Below the pieces are notes generated by a model. It had not been told where the DNA came from, did no database searches, and saw only the letters and a list, made by a program, of their open reading frames with translations. A stretch of 64,000 bases of DNA from Bugula neritina (taxonomy: Eukaryota; Animalia; Bryozoa): contig OZ037767.1 in NCBI GenBank assembly GCA_964035545.1, forward strand, positions 26,924,628-26,988,627. The letters run 5' to 3'. This document shows positions 39,111 to 53,100 of the stretch, piece after piece. Made by a program: the position numbers and the translations under genes. Each line of letters opens with the position of its first letter. The stretch's first letter is position 1.

Positions 39111-42100
39111 TTAGTGGTTAGGAGGTAAAGAATGAGTGGCCGGGGCTTGTTGCTGCTGTTGGTTGGGATTAGGCAGCTTTTTTTCTTCTAGCTTACTGTA
39201 TTCCAGATTATGGAGCTCCTTCACCACCTAGGCAATGACATACACTTGAACATAACATAGTATTGCTTATTCATCAACTGCAAGCTTCATTTGTTGGTGC
39301 AAAAGTTGATAGTTGTTGTTTTTAAGATCAAGTAATTAAAATTATTTCCCTATAGGTGGAAAACCAGCTGATAAAAACACTATAAAATAGAAGAGTGTAG
39401 TTATAATTGAGATGAAAGAGTATGTTGCTGCTAAATGCATAAAAAACATATTAAATTTTTATACACGCATAACAACAATATGACAATTCCCCAGCAAGAT
39501 TATGTCTTGTGCATTTCTTTGAACACAGCTGATAATTTAAGTGAGAAAAGAAAGAGTATATTTCACCAAGGAAATAGAGCTACCAAACATGGAGAAGATG
39601 CCATGGCTTTGTGGTAAAGCTTACCTTTCTCCAAGAGAGAGGGTCGAAGATATAGTAGTGACCAGAGGTGTGTGTACTGGACTTCATTTGTTCCTTATCA
39701 GAGCCTGCAGCTGGAATTAGCCACACTTGTTCTTCTTTGTGGTACCTCCAATTTCTGGTATATCTAAAAAGGCACACAGTGCTTAGTACAAACATCTGGA
39801 TGTTTTGATGCTCAGCAATAATACTGCATCACAGTTGAGATTTTAGTTATTTATTTGATAAATATGTTGATAATCTTCATTATGGGACTGGAGCAGCCAT
39901 GTTAACTACGTCATAGGTTTAAACCCGGAAGGACTATTGGTAAAAAAGCATTTAATAGAAATTGCTCATGCGCCACAGTAAAAAGTTCCCGGCATGTTAA
40001 GAGGCATGCCCTTAGCCTGCTCAAAAAACTTTTACCAACAGTGCTTCTCGCAGGGATGAAAACAGTAAACAAAACAAAAATTATAGAGCTGTGCGTAGCA
40101 AGTTAGTATATTATAGTTAGATAATGCTAATAACTATTTAAGAAAGAATACAAAAACATTACATGACTTGCTTGAGCATTACATTATATATATTTTCTAT
40201 ACTAAAGGTACACTCTATATAGCCTGTATAATGCTACTAACGAAACACTTACAGCTCTATTGAAGCTGCCATCTGCAGGCCATCGCCTGGGTTACAATAG
40301 AATAAATAAAACAACAAATCATCTCCAAATTTGTTAAACTTGATATCTGACAGCTTTTCCCTGATATAGGCGTTAGTTAGGTACTCAGCTGGCACGTGGT
40401 AGTCTATGTCTTGTGGCCTACACGGTCCATCAGCCCAGGGGGACTGGAACGTGCTGTAAAGATTTCTACAAGTACCAAAATATCTCATTAATCTCTAAAA
40501 TTTAAATATAAATAACTTCTATGGTGTTTTATAGACATCGTTTGGAGGTAAAAGTAACTTGCTCAAGTTGGATAAAACCATTTGAGAAACTGTATAACAT
40601 AACAAATGAATATACTGAGAATATGTTGCTAGGTAAGAGAAAAGCAGAATACTAACTCGACAGAATTGAGGTTTAGCCCTAGAGTAGTTAAATCAACGCC
40701 AGGAGCTAGGGCTACAAGATTGGCATCAGTCTCAGCTGCTCTTATGAAGGTCAGCAAGCCAATCATACCAAACTGATCGGTGAGCATGCCAGCTGGTATA
40801 TTGGTAATAGTACCTACACGTAATAACAGACATCACCTGTATCAGGGTATGTTGATACAAAATTCAGAGTAGGCTATAAGCAAATGTCTCAACAACTAAC
40901 AAATTTCAAAATCAAAATTATGAAAATATAATTCATTGACAGATAATTTGTTGATTACCTACTAAATAACGTGTATATAAAAACAACATGTTACTTAGGA
41001 ACGCAAATATTTTGAATTCCATAACATTCAATCTTTAACAAAAACACCATAGCTCAAAAACTCAACTGTTTGAAAGCTCAAAAACCCAACTGTTTAAAGG
41101 ATCAAAAACCGGTGCATTTCGCCATGTACAATACATACAATATGGCATACAAAATACCTGTCTAAGCACACACTTACCATCTGGTAACGTCTGAACACCT
41201 TTCATTGTTTTGGGCTCTGATCGACTCAAACTGTCTTTAGAACTCTAAAACACATAATAATCATTTGCATATTGCTTACAGCAGACTGTTGGAAACACTT
41301 CAACATCAAACAAGTGCAAAATTAAAAACAAAAGAGCTGAAGCAAGCAGTACACAAGTAGGGTATGCATCATCCAGAATGTATATGACAAGTGAGTAGTG
41401 TTACTGACTGCTGACAAGCACAAAAAGATTTGAATTACCTCCGAGGGGACTGAAGTTACTGGTGGTTGTTTCAATTGTTCTTGGCCATTACTAGAAGGTA
41501 TGGAGCCTGGCAGGGCAGGGAAATCTTCCTGTACCATGGAGAATTCACCACCACTGTCCATGTTCTTGCTATTACCACCTACCATACCAACTACAAGACA
41601 CACACTACTATTACCACCTACCATACCAACTACAAGACACACACTACTATTACCACCCACCATACCAACTACAAGACACACACACTACTATTACCACCCA
41701 CCATACCAACTACAAGACACACACACACTACTATTACCACTCACTATTCCAACTACAAGACACACACACACTACTATTACCACACACTATTCCAACTACA
41801 AGACACATAACTGATGCAGTTTCTCTCACACTCTCCACATACTATCAGTGAAAAGCAGATGTAAATTGCCGTAGCTTACCATAATTTCTAATATTCGGAA
41901 CAAGATTTGGTTGGGAGGGTATGGACCTGTTCGTAAGGGATGGGAATTCTGCTGCCGATAAATCAATGCCTACTTGACTCGAAGACTGCTGCTGCAAGTC
42001 ACTAGAGGAAGTAGCGTTGATTCCAGACGACCTTGACTGAGATGCTGGCTGCTGAGGGAAACTGAAAGCTTGGGGCTGACCGAAACCGGAATAGCTGAAG

Positions 42101-44054
42101 CATAGAATGCGTGCACATATATATTACACGCAGATATATTACATATAGAGTGCATACAGTGTGATATTATATAATGAAAAGCCAGTACCAGCATGTACTA
42201 TATACAGAGCACCTGTTTAGATGGGTCAAGGGTACTGCAAGCAACACACTTTTGACAAATGTTCAAGATATATGAGTTTGAACAATACACAATGTGTGAA
42301 ACAAGGCTACATGAAATGACAAATTATGACATCTGTCTGATGGTTATATGCTTGCAATTGGCTGGACCGTAGACCTGCCAACCTATCAGAATAGTAATAA
42401 CAAAATGTCTTAGTTGGTAATATTCTAATTTGCTTGTTCACTTACAACTATTATAAATCTCAAATAAATGTTGATCATTTTTCTTTTACTAGCCGACTAA
42501 AATATTCCCTTACTTGGTATTATTTGCTAATCTTTTCTGTATAGATTGTGGCTGGGAGGGCAGAATGTTTGGATGCATCTGATGCGACATGGGAAATGAC
42601 CTCATTGCCATATTGCTCATCGGGTTGCTCCTACAATGTGCTCAGTATATAACTGATGTGTATGAAAAGACTTGACATTAATAATGCATGCAAAGTTCTT
42701 ATTTAAGTCAAACAATTATATAACACAGTTAGTAAACTGTTGTTTCACCTGGAGATTGCGTGATAAATGCAAGAAACTGTTGATAATAAATAGACAAAGT
42801 ATATAGTTGTACGTAAAGACACATTTTCAAGTAGCTTAGTTATTATGCAAGACAAATGCAATAAAGATGTAACTTCATACATGCAGCCCATTCATATTAA
42901 ACTTTTGTTTATGACTTGCTTACGCTCAACCAGAAGCTATGGCTTTGTAAGCTACATATTTTTGTCGGCAACATAGCTCAACTTTTAATGAGGTGCCAGA
43001 GAAAACAAATGTTGATTGCTTTTTATAATATTCCCAGTGTGGTATTTGTCAGTTTAACACCAAACTAAAGCTGCTTTGCAGTGACTAGCCCTACAGAAAC
43101 ACAGTGAGTTGTAGAACAGAGAATGGCTATAGTGACACACCTGTTTGGTGACTGCGGTTGCAACATACTGGTTGGCGTTGATCTTTGGTAACCTATTCCA
43201 GTCATTGTGGGTACAGAATTACCATTGTAACCCCTACTATTCATTGCTACAGTAAACAAACATATTTACATTAATTTACCAGCATTGTACATAGATTATT
43301 TACGGAATTATGATGTTTCAAAAACAAATCAAACTCTTGTATCAATTTACTATGAGAATGGCACAAACTTTGCTGCAATATTTTATTAAAATAAACTTGA
43401 ATATACTTAAAATTGCTTCTAGGACACAGGGAAATACTTTTGCTATTTGGAATTCAATAAAAACCTACATTGCTGTGGGTAGATCATATTTGACGTAGGG
43501 GTAAATGACTGTGAAGGTGACGCACTGGTATTGTACACCTAAAACACATAGCAAAACAGATCTTTTAAGGAACTTCATGAAAAATACAACTAGGGTTATT
43601 TAACTACATTTTAATAGTTAGGAAGCTTTCATAACATAATAAATATAGCTCAGAAACGGTAGCTGGCTGTTACATGTTAAACAGAGTACTAGACAAAACA
43701 ATAGAATAAGAAGTACCACTATAAGCAAGCTCTAAAGCATTACTTAGTTTAAATTAAAACAACTTACGCCAACAGCATCTCTTTGAAACATGTTGGACTG
43801 GGTTTGCCCATTATTGAAGTACATACTAGTTTCAGGGTCATCATCGTCCAAGTAAAATCCCTGGTAAAATATATACTCACCATTTTCACTAAGTCGATAT
43901 ATTATTGAAAATTATAAATCAATTTTCAAGCTTCAACTTTAGAATTGGAACATTTTGTTGCAGATAACAAGACTGAATCATGGATGCAGAATTAGAGAAC
44001 TAAGTTTCTAGATATAGATCAGAATATAATTGAAACCTTTTTCTTTTGTGACAT
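39111..44054 (-). CDS. CNOT2: CCR4-NOT complex subunit 2 (NOT2/Regena), ~487 aa, 12 coding exons
   Basis: Exons 44054-44037, 43860-43768, 43538-43469, 43246-43141, 42630-42514, 42094-41880, 41590-41439, 41244-41178, 40813-40657, 40465-40253, 39763-39625, 39227-39111. Motifs EDFPALPG, NIPAGMLTDQFGMIGLLTFIRAAETD, GVDLTTLGLNLNS, PCRPQDIDYHVPAEYLTN, DLLFYLFY and WRYHKEEQVW (NOT box). The start codon is tentative because the frame stays open to the acceptor at 44112; a likely 5' UTR exon ends at ~45663-45681. Confidence 0.93.
39890..40080 (+). mobile_element. Degenerate copy of the same tRNA-SINE family, in a CNOT2 intron
   Basis: Shares GGAGCAGCC, GTCATAGGTTTAAACCC (B-box-like), AATTGCTCATG.GCC, CCTTAGCCTG...AAAAAC and TTCTC.CAGGGATG with the 17290-17504 copy, and ends in an A-rich tail. 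Confidence 0.7.
41569..41808. repeat. 39-43-bp tandem repeat comprising a CNOT2 3' splice site plus exon start (6 copies)
   Basis: Minus-strand unit (GT)nCTTGTAG|TTGGTATGGTAGGTGGTAATAGTA, with exon starts after AG at 41590, 41629, 41668, 41709, 41752 and 41795. Confidence 0.92.
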
Positions 44055-45659
44055 ATCTGGCGAGTCTCTCCAACTACTGGTGTATTCAAATGTTGAAGCC
44101 ACTTTGCTGTATCTGCAGAGTAAAAATGGCAACTTTAAACAAATTATGACATTGGCTCACGGGTATTCTTTATTCAGTAACATTATTATTAAGCCAACAC
44201 ATAAAAACTATGAGCTAACCACTGTTTTAATAATTTTGTATAACACCCTGTTTTGTACCCATCAACTAAAGATGAAAAGATCAATTAACAATGATTAACT
44301 TAAAAAACTCTTATTATCAAATGAGAAGGCAATCGGGTCTCACCAATAAAACTCTAAACAACACTAGGCTACTATTAGCCAAGTCTTTCACTAGTAGTCA
44401 GAAAGAGGTGGCACAGCAGGAGAAAATGAGATCATTCATGCAGACTCAAATAAATAGATAAAATATCAGTATTAAATAAAGTGAAGGAAAATTTTACAAA
44501 AACACACAATAAACTCATTTTTATTTTACAATTGTGATAATGAGCAACAGCCTGCAGGCCTCATGAAACTTTATATTCCAAGTCCTGCATACTTGAAGTC
44601 ACAGTAATCAATAGTATGAATGCTATTTTTAACTGTCTGCATTTTTCAAATAATTTAGTCAATTTCACAAAGTTTATTATTGCAATAATAATTTTTCATT
44701 TAAAAACTCCCAAATTAGAATTCAACATTCATTGGGTTTTTGATATATTAGTATTACTGCAATGACTACCCAATCACAATGGAGATATCAACATATGTTT
44801 AACCTCAATTATTAATATAAATATAGTCTATGATCACAATGAGTATTAAATTATTAAATATAAGTATAAACTATATATTATAATTTAAAGTTATGTTTAT
44901 GTGTAAAACTAAAAATAACTATAAAACTGAAGTATTATTATTAGTATTACTATTAGTATAAAATTGAACATACTTATACTAATACTGTAGCTACAGGGTA
45001 TAGGCTACAAGTACAACTTGTACTACAAGTGCACAGCTCTTACTATTTCTCTATTATTAATACCAATAGCAGTATAACTATATAAATACCTAATTCTAGC
45101 ATTGCTTAATTTTATATTCTACTCTATAAATTATAGTTATACTTATACAAAACTTATACTTATAGTTATAGTAATACTGTTACTATTAGTTTTTATTTAT
45201 AGTTTTCAATTATTACACTTTGATTTACTTTTACCTACTTACAGTTACTGTAAGTTTAATTATAACTATTAGTATTACTAAAACAATAGTAATAGTATTA
45301 TTAGAGTTAAACTTAGTACTACTACTACTAATAATAATTATAATAGTAGAGTACTAGACCTAGTAGTAGTAGTAGTACTACGTCTACTACTATAGGTTTA
45401 ATCACTAATGACTAATGTGTTACATTACTTACTGCTAGTGCTAGTAGTACTAGCATTACTATTACTAGCAGTACTACAAATGCTGAAATGGCCCAAGACA
45501 AAGAGTAAGTCTAATAGTTACATTCACTATGAGTTTCAGTTTGGCTAGGCCTAGGCTAACTCTAACTCCAAGGCTAGTGCCAGTACTACACTACTAGTTG
45601 AGTACTAGTACTACTAGTAGTAGTACTAGTGCATTTTCATTTTGATTTTGCATCAAACT

Positions 45660-46004
45660 CACATCTGTTGAGCAACTTACATTGAAAACAAAATTAGATT
45701 CAAGACCGAAAAGAGCAGATCGACATAAAATTATTGCTGTGATGAAATGCGAGGTTACTTTCTCAACACATCCATTTTACTCGTTGTAACTATTTTGCTG
45801 TGAGTGTAACTGGTACTGTGGATTACTGAAACTCTGAATTTGGGAATTGACCTTGACCTTGGAAATAATTGTAGTCAACTTAGAGATTCTCGTCTCCAAA
45901 TATCCGTTTCCGCTGACGACTACACAACAGTTGGACAACTGTCAGTGTCATTCATTGCCGACGAAGCACACCGCTCACTAATAAACTCTTGTTATATTAA
46001 AAAT
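45660..46004. promoter_or_regulatory. Probable bidirectional promoter CNOT2 (-) / SSR3 (+)
   Basis: Minus-strand donors GTGAGT (45662) and GTAAGT (45680) mark a first CNOT2 exon about 320 bp from the SSR3 ATG. CpG-containing patch within AT-rich DNA. Confidence 0.55.
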
Positions 46005-48851
46005 ATGTCTGGAAGTGGCAAGCAACTTACTAAAGAAGAAGAACTTCTTTTGCAAGATTTTAGTCGAAATGTTTCTACTAAATCATCTGCACTCTTCTAC
46101 GTCAATGCTCTTATAATATCTGCTGTTCCATTGTGTAAGTAAAACTAAAAGTAAAGGTGAAACTCAAACTAAAAGTAACAGTAGAACTTAGTAGTAAAGT
46201 AGAACTTAGTCCTAATGCTAATGGCATTGCATTTATTATTACTAATATTCGAGCTAGAAAATATAGTGACAAAATAATCTATATTCATATTGATACTAAT
46301 CTAAATTAGTAAGATTAATAGTAAATAGTAATACTAATAGTAATACTATTCACTAATTCAGTAATACTAATACAATAGTAATAGTAATACTAATAGTACT
46401 AGTAATAGTAATTCTTAATCTATGACTATAGTGATTTTGGTTTGCTATCAATTTCAAAGTAAAAGTCAACGTATCATAAACTTTAAATTTAGCTTATAGT
46501 GATCTTAGCCATAACAGCAACTCTGAGACTAAAAGTAAATCAAAAAATGAAATGCTAAATAATTATAATCAAACTGGTTTTACTGTTGGTTTAAGTTGCA
46601 CTTGGCCTATGCTATAGTTATCAGTACTACTAGTAGTACCAGTATAAGTATAGTTTTTAAAGTTAATTGTATGAATATTATTACCACACTTTCTTTTCGT
46701 ATTGCTGTTACTATTAGTATTAGTATCCCTTAGAAATATAAGTAATGAGACTGGTAGCGTTGGTTGTAGTGCTAGTGCTGTAACTAGAATTCTAAGTAAA
46801 GTTGTTCACTGCACAAAATTTATTATAAAACAAAATTGTTTGAGCATGCAGCCCTCCAACAGTCTGTAGATGATAAACTAAAATATAAATTAGCGTAAAT
46901 GTTTTAATCCTGCATAAATCAAGTGTGTCAGGAATTTTTTAATCAATATTTGATTAAATTCACTAGCTATCATATGCTACAAAATCAAAGTGTTTTAAAT
47001 TTAAATATGTTACTAAGAAGAATGATAGCCTGTTTTATAAACTATTATTATTATGGTGAAATTAGCATTGAAATTTTTATCTCTCATACTCACTTTGTGT
47101 AGTCATATAAATTTACTGAAATGCATGAAACACTAAAGGCTCGTTCACGTTGAGAGAAAATTTATTGATGGTGAGAATACAATTCAATGCTGTTCACATT
47201 ATCTGATGAAATCGTTGAAATCATTGTATAGATATTTTTGTTTGAAGTTTGAAAAAGTATAGCCGTAATAGTCACGATATGCTAAATCACTGCTGTTTTG
47301 TATGGAAATTTTATTGCATTTACGTTGTCAATTGAAGGGATATACTGGAGAATTCACCGAATGGACCCCATTCAATCTGCTATCCTGTTTGTGTTGATGA
47401 CCGGAATTAGTACATACCTACTCTCCTTTGCATACAAAAATGTCAAGTTTGTTCTCAAGCACAAGTATGTATACATACAAGTCTATAGGCCTACATACAA
47501 GTATATACTATATTTTATCATACACATTCTAAACATATAGTATGTGTGTGTTGTTTGTTTATGTTTTAATCAAAAATAGTAGTTGATTAAAAATACTAAT
47601 CTGAATAGTTGCTCAGGTTTTGAGAAAGTGGAACTCTCACTCATGTGCAGTATCTCTTTTAAGCACTTTATCTATGATAAAGTTTATAAAGCTTATACTT
47701 TTGTAATATTTCATAAATTTAATTTGAATGTAGTTTGCTGTTATTTGTAGCAGTAGTCTCATTAATAAAATTTAATAAATTTACTTTTTTTTATAAATTA
47801 AAGCTCAGAGCTCTAAAATAGCACAATTTTGATTTTCCTTTACATTTACTTTCTGTTGGGAATAGAAAGTTTTGAATTTGAAGTTTTTCTAGTAGACAAT
47901 TGATTTAATCAACTAGTTGAAAGTCAAGTAAAAAGGTGGTCCAAGTTGGTTTAACAACGACTTGACTAAAAATGTGTTATTTGTACCATAATGTGTTGAC
48001 TCCTTATCAGATGAAACTTTGTATATGTTATGGCTGTGTGTGGCTTAGTACCAAATACGCTAAAAATTGAAATGCCAATGTTTTGTGTAATAACCACGCC
48101 TTTGCACTCACATAACTAAAATTGATTCTAAAAATACCGTAAACGATGCTGATGGAAAATCTAGGCTTAGCACTACTCTGCCTTGCAGATTTTCTTAAGC
48201 AGGTTATTTATAAAATTTTGTACTGATGGAAAATCTATCCTAAATATCAATTTCCGCAGTTTATTTATAAAAAAAATTTATGACACAGAATACAAACTGA
48301 ACTAATATTTATGTAAAACAAAGTAATGTAACTGTATGTCTAGCTGGTTCTATACAAACCTCTGTTACAGAGCTGCCCAGAAAGTGGAGGATGGAGTTAC
48401 TCAAGAGATCATGAAGAAGTTCGCTGACGATAAGAAAGTTTCTAAGAAGGAAAAAGATGAGCGGTTAGTTGTTGAATTTTAACCAATGGCTGCATCTATT
48501 TTATCCTTACTAATACTGCTTGCAGACCACTATTGTGGCTTCACATTTAGTTTTTTATTCATATATTTGAAAGTGAGTATGATAATCACCGGTCGATGGT
48601 ATTCCGGAATATACAGTATAAGTTGTAAATTAAATCATGTTTCTGGTTTTAGAATCTTGTGGAAGAAGAATGAAGTTGCCGATTACCAGTCCACCAACTA
48701 CTCCATATTTTACAACAACGCCATATTCTTTGCGCTAGTGATCCTTTGTTCTTTCTGCTTTTTCAAAAGCTTTTCTCCAAATGTCAACTACATTCTCTCT
48801 ATGGGTGCTGCCTCTGGTCTTGTCGCGTTAGTCAGCACCGGCAGCAAATAA
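46005..48851 (+). CDS. SSR3: Translocon-associated protein subunit gamma (TRAP-gamma), 182 aa, 4 exons
   Basis: Exons 46005-46134, 47338-47464, 48371-48463, 48653-48851. Motifs [104 protein letters not shown] at 49243. Confidence 0.97.
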
Positions 48852-50193
48852 CTTACTAGATTCTTGTAAATATATAATTGATGTAGATTTATGTCCACAG
48901 AAACATTATTTACTGTAGCTGTTGCAAGTAGTGGAATATGTATTGATTTTAAAGCATTTTATGTTATCAGAACAATAAAAATGGATATTCTGTAAATATT
49001 TCTGTTGTGAAAACATGTAGCAGTTCGCTGCTGCCGCAGTCTTATGTTGCTGCTGTATTGAAGTGTGCGTTCCATACACATGCAATATTGCTAAACATTT
49101 CACTGGCTATGTTTGTTTTGTTTTATTGCATGAAGACATGGTGGCTGCTGCATGGCATGTTCAAACTACTCACATGTTATATCTGTCGTTGTATATGAAA
49201 CATAAAACATTAATTTTCACACAACACAAGGTGCCAAATATTAATAAAATGTTTGTCTAGTTTCATTACAAGACATACTAATTAGAATACATTTGTTTAT
49301 GGATAAAAATTCAAATCTTAGGTTGTTAAGATAGCCGAGTAATTATTTTACTTACTTTGCCTTCGAAAACGTAGCTGTTTAGAAACCATATAAAGTAATC
49401 ATAAATCTCAAATATAAAATATTTTATTATTTGAAATTTTTATTACAGATCTGCTGTAAACTATGTATTAATATAGTACGAATACATCACTTTAAAAGCA
49501 ACCACAAAATAAATGCAATCTTATTCACTATTGTAATACTAAGTGCCATGCTTCTTATAATTCGAGTCTGATAAATTACTTATAAAGGAGTTATTTTCTC
49601 CTTACTATACACAAGTTTTTTTATAACCAATCAACACCTCAGATAGATATGCTGCGTTCTTAATTTTTAGTAAATGGGTCAAGCCTTAAAAACAGTCGCA
49701 ATCACTCGGGTCACTGCATTGAAACTACGGGTAAATCTGTGTTGTAGCTCGATTTAAACTTTAAGTTTAAGCTACAAGAACATTCAGAATGCATTTCAAT
49801 TTATATTAATTTTGTTACAAGTCTCTCATTGCTCAATATTTAGTGTTTCTCGGTGATTTGCTGTTACTAATAGTAATACTAATACTAATAGTAATACAGC
49901 TAAAAGTAAAGTAAAGCAAACTGACAAGTCCAACTTATTTTTTACTTTTAAACGTTTTTCACTGAGAGTGACTTACTCATACTGTTACTCAGGCTCTTAT
50001 TTTGGTGAGTTATTCTTTAACTTAATTTACTAAAGCCTGAAAATTACCGGATTACGTGTAGTGAAAGTTTTACACTTGGTCTCGCTCCTACTCCTACTGA
50101 CAGAAGACGAGGTATTGGCAGTGGCAAACTGAAACTTCGAGTTCAACTTGAGGAAATATCTAATATTCTTATTGATATTAAACTGAATTCAAT

Positions 50194-53100
50194 ATGAAAA
50201 TGGCTACTAGTAATTGGGCACTATGTCTACAGATAACTGCTAGTTTACTTTTGATTGGGTACGTATCTGGTTACGGGGTGTATGAATGGATGGTTCATGA
50301 CAATTTTGACGAAATCATCGACAGAATGGACGCTGTTAACGAACTTAATTGTGAAGCAAAAAGCGAAGCTGAGCTCCATTTACCAGAAGATGCTGTTAGT
50401 CAAATGGTGCAAACCAATAAGTTGAGAACATCAGACTTTCAGGGCAATTATTATCGTAACAGGACTGCCCTTCTTCAATTACACACCACAGTGTTAACTA
50501 ATGCTTACAAATATAGTTATTTGTACCAACGTCTCAATCAAACATGGAATGCTGATGATTTGCCAAGTCTTTTTTATTACTACCTTGGCATGACTGCTGA
50601 TGTAACAGCTAATCTGGGTCTTGTGAATGGTAAGTACATAGCACAGCGCTTCAAAGTACCCTCAACCAATAACAGAATTTTTGCTCAAAATTTTTTGGAA
50701 ATGTTGCTTTTTTCACTAAAAACTCAATATTTTTTATCAGGACTTTTTACTGATAGCTAGACTGAATTTTGCTTATTTATCTAATCTTTCTATTTAGCAA
50801 TTTCTTCTCTATATTGCAGCAGTCACAATATACTCTACTTGCTTGTAGGTTCGGCTGTATTCTTTGATAAAGATTTATTTTATCCTAACTTCCTCTCACA
50901 AACTCCTATAAATAAGACAGTTCCATTGTTTGGACCCAGGGCTTGGAGAATAGATGATTATAATGACCCAGCTAATTGGCTGAGAGAACCAACCAATAAT
51001 ACGGTATGCTACATTGTGTTATGACCTGTGGTGCTGGTAAAGTGCAGTATTTATGTGCTTGTAACCACTGAACTGAAACTATAGTTCAATGCTTGTAACT
51101 CACACTATCAAGTTGACCAATTAAATTGTTCTAGAAGAAATTCATGCTATTTTCTTCAGTTTAACATTTTAAAACCAATTACCCAGTATCCTTTACCTTT
51201 AGAGTTTTCACAGAACTTTAGACAAATCCAAGTTATTTTTCTGTTGTGTGTAGTTGGTTGAGATATAAGCATGTTATTGTAATACACTTGGAATTGGTGT
51301 GTTGAATAATTTACCACCTTTTATTAGATCTCTATACAGTAGTTTAGTTCCAGTGACTGCTATTTGACCTAATCAATGTTATATGATGTACATATTAGTT
51401 TGTATGAAATTTGTGGAGCCGCTATTGTATATATTCTGTAAGAACGGCTCAGCCAACACAATAAATATGTTGACTAATCTACGTGAATTTTGTGCTCGTA
51501 GTTCAAGGTGACTGACTATGGCGCAGGACCTTTCAGAAACTACACTCTCGATGCCTACAAAATCAACGACTGGTACAGATCCTGGCTACCGGATATTGAA
51601 GGAGCCGAGGCCGGCTTCGTAACTCTCCCGTAAGTCTTACCTCTCTCTGGTGTGATGTGTGTACATTTGTATATATGAACTTATAGGTGACATGACACGG
51701 CAACGTTGTATTACTAACATTTGGTAGGATATACTTATCAGACAAAATGTTGTTGATTTTATTATATATATAATATTATATAATATATTATGTATATGAT
51801 TTACTTTATTATTTGTCTCTGATAAACATAGTTTTGATATATGCGCTGTTCTACATATAGATTGGTAGCTCCAAATATAACCACAACTCAGCTGCAATAA
51901 TGTGAACTGAATTTGAAAAACAAGTAATTGGTGAGGAGCTTTGTGTGTAAAAATGCATTAGGTGTTCAATGCATAAGATTGGATTTTTTTTCAAATGAAA
52001 ATTTTACTATCTAGTATCTTTATGCAGGGACGAGGTGAACCTAAATCTGAAGTACTCTCCATCAGTTGGAAAGTATTTTCCCGAGGAAGGCTTCAAGTTT
52101 TTTGGTCCTCCATCCCCCTTCCTGTCTGATGCCGTGGACAAGCTGCCTGTGCAGTTCACCAGACCCTACTTTGACTGCAGCCGCTCCAACAAGTGGATAG
52201 TCAGCGCTGTCGCTCCTATATACGACCGACTCCCTAAATATGCTTACGATCCCTCTGTCACGGGTAACGTCAGTGCTGGGTCTTACGACAACATCAGACG
52301 TAACATGTGAGTGCAATGAGGTCTACGTGCGTATCTCTAACTGTGTGCACATGCTGACAATGAGATCTGCGTGCTGCATTTAATTTTAACCGCAGACATT
52401 ATACTTATGTGATATAATCGAATTTTTATATCACACTATGTTTGTAATCTACTCTATAATTATCATGTAATATTGATCTATCATTATAATATACTATCAT
52501 AGAATAATAAATATTCCAATATAATATAATTTAAAGCTATGTTCTGAAATATAAAGTATTATGCAGTTTTTATGACATATATTATGGTTTAAATAAGTTA
52601 ATGTATTATATTATTGCCATACTCCATAGCAATATAATAATAATATAGTATATAATATTATCTCACTGTATGCGGTACTGTTATACAGGAGAGTCGGTGT
52701 TGCTGTCGCTGACGTAGATTTCCTCAACATTGACATTGATCCATGCGGTAGTTATGTCGGTGATGACGGACCAAATTTCTTCAGTGGGATTGACAGGTGT
52801 CACAAAGAGAGCACCATTGTAAGTACCTTGAGGGAACCTGCAGTGCTGGTTGTCTTACACTATGAGTGGCCATAGACGAGTAGATAGTCTGAGTAGATAG
52901 TTTAGTAAGGCTCACCTACTCTATATATAGTATGAGTGTAGCCAAAGTGTAGTAGTGCACTTTGTGTGTATATCTTTGTGTATTGTTTTGTAGTGTAAGC
53001 CTCTGTTTGGTTTTGGCTTCCAAAGGGGTGGATATATGTGCGAGTGCCGACCAGGGTTCAGATATCCCGAGTACATCCAGGGCCCTTATCTGGGCGTGGC

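Noticed and set aside
41466-41814. Plus-strand Thr/His/Pro-rich repeat ORFs (mucin-like)
   Set aside because: Antisense translations of the CNOT2 splice-acceptor tandem repeat.
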